From a virus: a stretch of 64,000 nucleotides of DNA. The DNA lies in IMG/VR virus record IMGVR_UViG_3300000235_000002. The stretch is one strand, 5' to 3'. This document shows positions 58,296 through 64,000 of this stretch, piece after piece. The position numbers and the translations under genes were made by a program. The notes under the pieces were generated by a model that did no database searches, was not told the origin of the DNA, and saw only the letters and a program-made list of their open reading frames with translations. The number at the start of each line of letters is the position of its first letter. Position 1 is the stretch's first letter.

Positions 58296-59425
58296 CCGTT
58301 TTCAACAAGCTTTACTGCGGTGACAACTTAGAAATCATGAAAGAAAAAATGACGAGTAAAAGCGTAGATCTGATTTATATGGATCCCCCGTTCAATTCGG
58401 CACGTAATTTCTACATGGCGGGAGGAGAAGAAGCCTTTTGTGACGCATGGAAACTGGACGAGGCCGGTATAGCCAAGATGCATCGCATACCGTTGATCAT
58501 GCGTGATTACGGGATAGATGCCCACCAGGTTCAGTTTTGGAAAGCATTTTTGATAGCACTCAAAAAAAAGAATCCGTCTCTAATGGTGTACATGATCTAC
58601 ATGGTAGAACGATTGCTTGAGATGAAACGGATCTTGAAACCTACAGGATCGATTTACTTGCACTGTGATTCAACGGCGAGCCATTACATCAAGCTGATGA
58701 TGGATGCGATTTTTGGTTACAAGAATTTCAGAAATGAGATTATTTGGAAGAGGAGTTCAGGAAATAACTGCATCAAAAGCAAGTTTGGAGCAATCACAGA
58801 CACAATCTTTTTCTACACGAAAAGCAGTAAATACTCATTTGAAAATCAATATGTTTGGGATGAAAAGTTTCAGAAGTACCTTGAAAAAGTCTATCGGTAT
58901 ATTGATGAAAATGGCAGAAGATATAGAGGCAACAGCATTACAAATTCTTTTTGCAAGCGGGGGTTTTACCATACCTACAATGGGTACACGCCGCCTAAAA
59001 ATGGCTGGCGTGTATCTCCTAAAACTATGGAAAAATTTGATGCTGAAGGACTATTAATATTTCCAAAATCCGCGAACGGAATAATACGAAAAAAGACGTA
59101 TCTTGAGGATGCAAAAGGCAAGCTCATACCAAACCTTTGGGATGATGTCAAGGTATTGGGTTCAATGTCGAAAGAACGCCTTGGATATCCAACGCAAAAG
59201 CCGATCGCGCTAATAGAGAGAATCATCAAGGCTAGTTGTCCTGCAGGCGGCGTGGTATTTGATCCTTTTTGTGGTTCAGGCACAACGATCATAGCGGCAA
59301 TCAAAAACAACATGCAATGGATAGGATGTGACATATCTGAACTAGCTGTTAAACTGGTAGAAAAACGCCTGACAGGTGTTCATTCATCAGAGCGATCGGA
59401 GTCTAAACATGAAAAAAGAACCTGA
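58292..59425 (+). CDS. Copy 2: DNA methyltransferase
   Basis: Same as 18821-19954. Confidence 0.93.
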   Translation: MTVFNKLYCGDNLEIMKEKMTSKSVDLIYMDPPFNSARNFYMAGGEEAFCDAWKLDEAGIAKMHRIPLIMRDYGIDAHQVQFWKAFLIALKKKNPSLMVYMIYMVERLLEMKRILKPTGSIYLHCDSTASHYIKLMMDAIFGYKNFRNEIIWKRSSGNNCIKSKFGAITDTIFFYTKSSKYSFENQYVWDEKFQKYLEKVYRYIDENGRRYRGNSITNSFCKRGFYHTYNGYTPPKNGWRVSPKTMEKFDAEGLLIFPKSANGIIRKKTYLEDAKGKLIPNLWDDVKVLGSMSKERLGYPTQKPIALIERIIKASCPAGGVVFDPFCGSGTTIIAAIKNNMQWIGCDISELAVKLVEKRLTGVHSSERSESKHEKRT

Positions 59426-59855
59426 TGTTTTAGAGATTAAGGCACACTATCAATTCTGGCGAGATCGGTATGAACAAACGAAATCCGTGAAAGATTTAAT
59501 CAACATGCAGAATCATTTGCAACAGTATTTGCGGCTCGTAAATGAACAGAAAGCCGACAAGGATTTTTTGATAGATGAGGGAAATAGCCAATTAAAAAAA
59601 CAACGAGAAGAGTCACTCAAACGAGAAGCGGCACAACGAAAATCAAGGCTCTCGGTTGCTTTGAAAATAGTCGAAGAACACATGAAAAATAGTGAAGGTC
59701 AACACAAAGCAATCACTATTTCTAAACAATACAGTCTTCTGTATAACGATGTGGCGAACAGTTTATACAAGCTGGAAAAGCTTGGTATGGTCAAAAAAAC
59801 AAAGACTAAAGGCGTTCGAAATTACACTATTTCTTGGGAGAGATGCGATGATTAA
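59409..59855 (+). CDS. Copy 2: wHTH-like protein
   Basis: Same as 19938-20384. Confidence 0.55.
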   Translation: MKKEPDVLEIKAHYQFWRDRYEQTKSVKDLINMQNHLQQYLRLVNEQKADKDFLIDEGNSQLKKQREESLKREAAQRKSRLSVALKIVEEHMKNSEGQHKAITISKQYSLLYNDVANSLYKLEKLGMVKKTKTKGVRNYTISWERCDD

Positions 59856-60808
59856 CCCACTTTTAGCTTTCTATAGACATCAGGTTTCCACTTTTCTTTG
59901 ATCGCGGTTTGCAACATGGCTCTTGGGTTTTTAACCTGGCCTCTATCCATTTGAATGTTCACGGATTTTAAAGCATCGCTGACAGCGTCTTCACCGTTGT
60001 CGGTGATGAATCGTTTCGCAATCGCTCTGCTAAAGCCGTATTCAACCAATGAGTCAACTATGACTGATTCAGAACGGTATTCTTTTTGAAGTTGACGTAC
60101 CTTTTCAGCGGTGCCTTCCGGTTGAATACGCTTCTTCTTGATCGTCCAGTCTAAGGCGACAACTTTCCGAGATTCTTTGATTTCAACGTAATCAATTTCA
60201 TACTCTGTTTTAGCGTTGATCTCGGTTTTTGCGCGATCTATAACTCTTGATTTAAGGTGAGCATAAAGTGTATATTCGTCTTTTCGTATTCCACACCACG
60301 CGCGAATATCTTTAATACTGGTTTTTCTTTCTCCAATTGACTCATATTGAACTAGAAATTCAAGAATTCTCATTGAATATGAACTATCTAACTTTAGATA
60401 GTTACCAAATTCCATGACCGTGAATTTCTCGTTAAGTTGAAGAAGGTAAGGCTTTAAGTCTGGATGAAATTTTAAATCGCAAATGCCCACTTTTGGATCC
60501 CACTCTGCAAAACAAAGCCATGCCATTTGCTTTGTTTTACCGGTCTCTTGATCTTCAATTTGAATCAGGCGAGTAATCAAAGACGCGGTTAATTTCTTCA
60601 TTTCTCTGTATTGTGAATTTGGATCTAAGTTAACTTCTTGCGCAAATTCCTTAATGCTCACCCTATATTTTTTAAAATCAATATCATCTTTCCTTATTTT
60701 TTTTGAAAGCCACGCAACAAGTCTTTTCTCTTGAAAAGTTAGTCTATAGCTCGACTCAACTAAATAATTACTTTGAACAACGATTTCCTTACCGATTGTT
60801 TTGATCAT
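59852..60808 (-). CDS. repB: Copy 2: Rep_3 initiator
   Basis: Same as 20381-21337. Confidence 0.93.
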   Translation of the reverse strand: MIKTIGKEIVVQSNYLVESSYRLTFQEKRLVAWLSKKIRKDDIDFKKYRVSIKEFAQEVNLDPNSQYREMKKLTASLITRLIQIEDQETGKTKQMAWLCFAEWDPKVGICDLKFHPDLKPYLLQLNEKFTVMEFGNYLKLDSSYSMRILEFLVQYESIGERKTSIKDIRAWCGIRKDEYTLYAHLKSRVIDRAKTEINAKTEYEIDYVEIKESRKVVALDWTIKKKRIQPEGTAEKVRQLQKEYRSESVIVDSLVEYGFSRAIAKRFITDNGEDAVSDALKSVNIQMDRGQVKNPRAMLQTAIKEKWKPDVYRKLKVG

Positions 60809-60846
60809 GAAAAAGACTCTCTATGGTTAGTTAATTCATTATCAAC

Positions 60847-61063
60847 TTATCCACAAAGTTATTAAATCACAAGTGATAGTTCACAGCGTAAATGTGATAG
60901 TTCACAGCGTAAATGTGATAGTTCACAGCGTAAATGTGATAGTTCACCCAGAAAAACACAATAAATACAACGCATTAAAACCGCCTAAAATACTTAAAAC
61001 TTAGTAAAAGTATAAAACTAAAGCAAAAAGGAAAAACAGAAAGTGAAGATTTTCTGTGGATAA
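60847..61063. promoter_or_regulatory. Copy 2: iteron origin (iterons 60873-60947) with DnaA boxes
   Basis: Same as 21376-21592. Confidence 0.9.
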
Positions 61064-61114
61064 CTTTCTTCCAAGTGATAATATCTTGGTAGATGTTCAA
61101 AGCAGCAAGAGAAG

Positions 61115-61660
61115 TTGATCATGCAAGAAAAGAAAACACTTGGTCTCAAAACACCCATTCAGTTACCGCTTGGAAAGTCAATCCATGAACTGCCAAAAAA
61201 AGCTAAACAAAAACCACACGCTGAACTTCGTGAAGAAAAACTAAAAGCTGTTACACGCAAAGAAGCTGATGAGAAAAAAGCTGCTTTTGCACTGATCAAG
61301 CAGAAAAGGCAGCAAATTCTTGAATGAGCAGTTCAAGAATTTCCAAACTGCTTTTCATTGGAAGATCCAAAACCGCTCAAGCAGAAAATACATGCAGATA
61401 TTCAAAATCACTTTAGTGAAGAGGTTTCAAAGCGTCAGTTCAAAGACCTCAGAGGTTGTTTGCATCGGTATACCAATTCCAAACAATACCATCAATCAAT
61501 ACTAGTGAAACCTAATCGCATTGACTTGAATGGCAATCCTGTTGAAGAAATCTCACAAGAACATCGCGATCATTCCAAACAAAGACTTGGCAGGTTTGTT
61601 AAACGTGATAGAAAAAAGAATGTCAAAAAGACGTTTAAGAAGTTGATTGAAAACAATTAA
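61115..61660 (+). pseudogene. Copy 2: ProQ/FinO gene with in-frame TGA (61325-61327)
   Basis: Same as 21644-22189. Confidence 0.75.
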
Positions 61661-61693
61661 TGTGGTATATTGATCTGAAAAGGTTTATCGCTA

Positions 61694-61885
61694 ATGAAAA
61701 TATTTCACATAGCCATCTTTTCAATCTTCACCGTCTACTTCTCGTATGTTTCTTTCTTGACCTGGTTGTCACAACAGCCTATCGATCAAACTCTTCTGGA
61801 CTATCGCAAAGAACGAGATGAAAAATTCAAGAAGAGACGTGATCAACTCAATAGCACTTCTGGCTTCTCTTTCAAAAACTTGTAA
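61694..61885 (+). CDS. Copy 2: small membrane protein
   Basis: Same as 22223-22414. Confidence 0.55.
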   Translation: MKIFHIAIFSIFTVYFSYVSFLTWLSQQPIDQTLLDYRKERDEKFKKRRDQLNSTSGFSFKNL

Positions 61886-62026
61886 CTAACACTTACCAAA
61901 CCAGTTTAGAACATTCATTAAAACCTCATACGTGACCGCTGAGTGGCCTTTAGTCTTTTATCTATCAAAGGTGAAGCCTCTACCGCTTTAAGGCGATAAT
62001 TTTAACTCATTTTCAGGACTATAAAA

Positions 62027-62758
62027 ATGTTGGTTACTAAAACTAATGATTGGACTCTAGATTTTTTGCAAGAAGATATAAAATTAACTCCCACAAGTTT
62101 ATATCATTTATTGTATCCTAATAGTTCAAGCGCTAACAAAAAAAGTAAAATGGAATTAATAGAGGATTTAATTAATTGCTATGAGAAATATGACAAAAAG
62201 TCTAAAAAATACAAAGTTTTAGATACACTATCAGAAATAAATACTTTTGATATGAATGCTTGGCGCTGGATTAAAATACAGAGAAAAGAGCTACAAGAAA
62301 TATGCAGAAGATACACTGATAATGTAGAGCTATGGAGCGAAGAAGCGACAGAATTTATTGTTGGCAGGCTAATATTTGCGGAGTTTATTGGAACATATGA
62401 GTTACTGTATGGCTCTAAATCACCTGCATGGGGAATGTTTAAAAAAATTTACAAATGGACATTTAGAGCTTTTGTTATCTACTTATGCATAGATTTTAAA
62501 AACGTATATCTATTGGGGGGCTATATTGCTTGGATAATAAATTCGGAATTTACTGATTATATGGCTACTAATGCTCGGAATAAAATAATACAACAAATGT
62601 GTTGCACCTTAAGAGTATTCGACTTTAGACATACTGTAAACTTTGGTTTGTTATTAGAGAAAATAAAAAATGATTGCTTAAACTATCTAATACATTGGGA
62701 TCATGAAGTTTATACTTTGCTAGAAAAAGTAATCAACAGAAAAATGACTGATAAATAA
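62027..62758 (+). CDS. Copy 2: AT-rich hypothetical protein
   Basis: Same as 22556-23287. Confidence 0.65.
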   Translation: MLVTKTNDWTLDFLQEDIKLTPTSLYHLLYPNSSSANKKSKMELIEDLINCYEKYDKKSKKYKVLDTLSEINTFDMNAWRWIKIQRKELQEICRRYTDNVELWSEEATEFIVGRLIFAEFIGTYELLYGSKSPAWGMFKKIYKWTFRAFVIYLCIDFKNVYLLGGYIAWIINSEFTDYMATNARNKIIQQMCCTLRVFDFRHTVNFGLLLEKIKNDCLNYLIHWDHEVYTLLEKVINRKMTDK

Positions 62759-62861
62759 AGTGTAACGTTTTGTTAATTCAATTTTTTAATCAATTTCGTT
62801 GAAAAACATCTGTTTTTTCACCTATGTATGTTTTATCAGAGTCTTATCCTAATGACATTGG

Positions 62862-62890
62862 AGATCAGCAAGCACCGTGCTTGCTGATCT
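62862..62890. repeat. Copy 2: 29-bp palindrome
   Basis: Same as 23391-23419. Confidence 0.9.
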
Positions 62891-63151
62891 GAAAGCGCAA
62901 CAGACTAGAGTTCAAATCTCCAGCCTGCTGCTAACCACCACAGAATAGACAGGAACCCGTGATGGCTAAAGAAATATTAAGTCAACTGATGTCGTTAAAG
63001 CAAGTGCTTTTCCGCCAAGAAATCCTTTTTAGATGCTGTACTTTCATCGAATTTACAAGCTACTTTTTCTGGCCTGATTTTCCACCTTTTCTTTTGTCTC
63101 CGCGTGATTTTTTCTGTGGTATCATTCCATCCATCAACAGGAAATAATCCC

Positions 63152-63592
63152 ATGGAAATACCAATCTACAACGATTACCGCGATCATACCTATGCAAAGC
63201 TGATCAGTATACTCTTCTCAAGCGACAGCAAACCGCTATGCTCCAAGAACGAACATGATCTTTGGCAGCTCATTCATGATATCGTCACGTTAAACAAGGA
63301 TGCATACAAATTTTTCATTGATGCATTGCAAAGAATGCGAGCAGTCCATGAATTAACTGACGTAATTTTTCGACGACTTTTGACAGATCAAGAACAGGCT
63401 GAAGCATTCGAAGAACTCAGAAATCGCAAGATGTCGATATCACCGCCATTCAAGAAACAGTACCTCATCCTGATTTCTGAATTGGCGTCTTTGCCGGAAG
63501 AAAGTTACCAATGCTTTCTGGTGCTGATAGAAAGTCTAAGAGATGAGAGGGTTCACTCTGTCTTAGACTATTTCACTCCGCATTTGCCTTGA
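63152..63592 (+). CDS. Copy 2: hypothetical protein
   Basis: Same as 23681-24121. Confidence 0.55.
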   Translation: MEIPIYNDYRDHTYAKLISILFSSDSKPLCSKNEHDLWQLIHDIVTLNKDAYKFFIDALQRMRAVHELTDVIFRRLLTDQEQAEAFEELRNRKMSISPPFKKQYLILISELASLPEESYQCFLVLIESLRDERVHSVLDYFTPHLP

Positions 63593-63655
63593 TTGTAGGA
63601 GGTAGGTGTGAAAAAGTAGTTTCAATTTGAGAAACAAAAGAATGGAGATGTCACA

Positions 63656-63913
63656 ATGGACTGGACACAAACAATCGCTTTAGGTGGTACTTTAATAGGT
63701 TCCATGGTTGGGATGGTCGTATTCTTATATAAGATTAACGATAAATCTATTCATGAATGGCGGTCAGAGCATAAGGATCAGATGCAGAAGAGTGATTCAC
63801 GGTTTGAGAAAGCAATGAGCATAATTGATGCTCGTTTAGAAAAGAACGAAGCACACTGGCGGGAGATGTTCATGTACATGAATGACCGTATTGATAAAGT
63901 TAGGGAGAAGTGA
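63656..63913 (+). CDS. Copy 2: membrane-anchored coiled-coil protein
   Basis: Same as 24185-24442. Confidence 0.65.
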   Translation: MDWTQTIALGGTLIGSMVGMVVFLYKINDKSIHEWRSEHKDQMQKSDSRFEKAMSIIDARLEKNEAHWREMFMYMNDRIDKVREK

Positions 63914-64000
63914 GATGGACTGGAAAACAATCTTGGGAACAATAATTAACTGTATATCGATAGTGTTACTTTTATTGGCATTCATTCAACTGTACTTTAT

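Larger units (their letters stand above)
39472..64000. repeat. Second, partial tandem copy of the unit (repeats 1-24529)
   Basis: Every ORF in 1-24529 recurs with the same translation at offset +39,471; junction and window end match at base level. Confidence 0.97.

Noticed and set aside
1-64000. Integrated prophage or terminally redundant linear genome
   Set aside because: No integrase, att sites or host flanks; 24.5 kb of redundancy is too large for headful packaging; no protelomerase.

Overview
The window holds about 1.62 head-to-tail copies of one 39,471-bp unit: 1-39471, then 39472-64000 repeats 1-24529. This is most simply a concatemer of a circular replicon. The unit is a phage-plasmid. 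It has a podovirus-like virion module on the minus strand (terS, terL, portal, scaffold, capsid, adaptor, nozzle, fibres, GNAT-like protein, three probable ejection proteins). It also has a plus-strand replication/recombination operon (primase-helicase, Sak4-like ATPase, SSB-like protein, Cas4-like nuclease, RuvC-like resolvase, orphan DNA methyltransferase). A Rep_3 initiator with a 21-bp iteron origin flanked by DnaA boxes sits antisense inside that operon. The cargo (ProP-like MFS transporter, Rpn nuclease, patatin, outer-membrane protein, serine resolvase) suggests an intracellular alphaproteobacterial host such as Rickettsiales/Holosporales; this is inference. I recognise no integrase, endolysin, partition system, repressor or CRISPR array. 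The most striking observation is three consecutive fibre-like genes (619, 266 and 163 aa) that appear to share one domain cut in half at two gene boundaries. The upstream gene ends in ...GTxxQRP...GMIRYN and the next gene starts with GKxE[FY]xDGxxWYxLAxExxV, suggesting a daisy-chained fibre built by split-domain complementation. Also notable: a patatin plus lipoprotein pair in the late operon where lysis genes are missing, and a ProQ/FinO gene interrupted by one in-frame TGA. All product calls come from motif recognition by eye; no searches were run.
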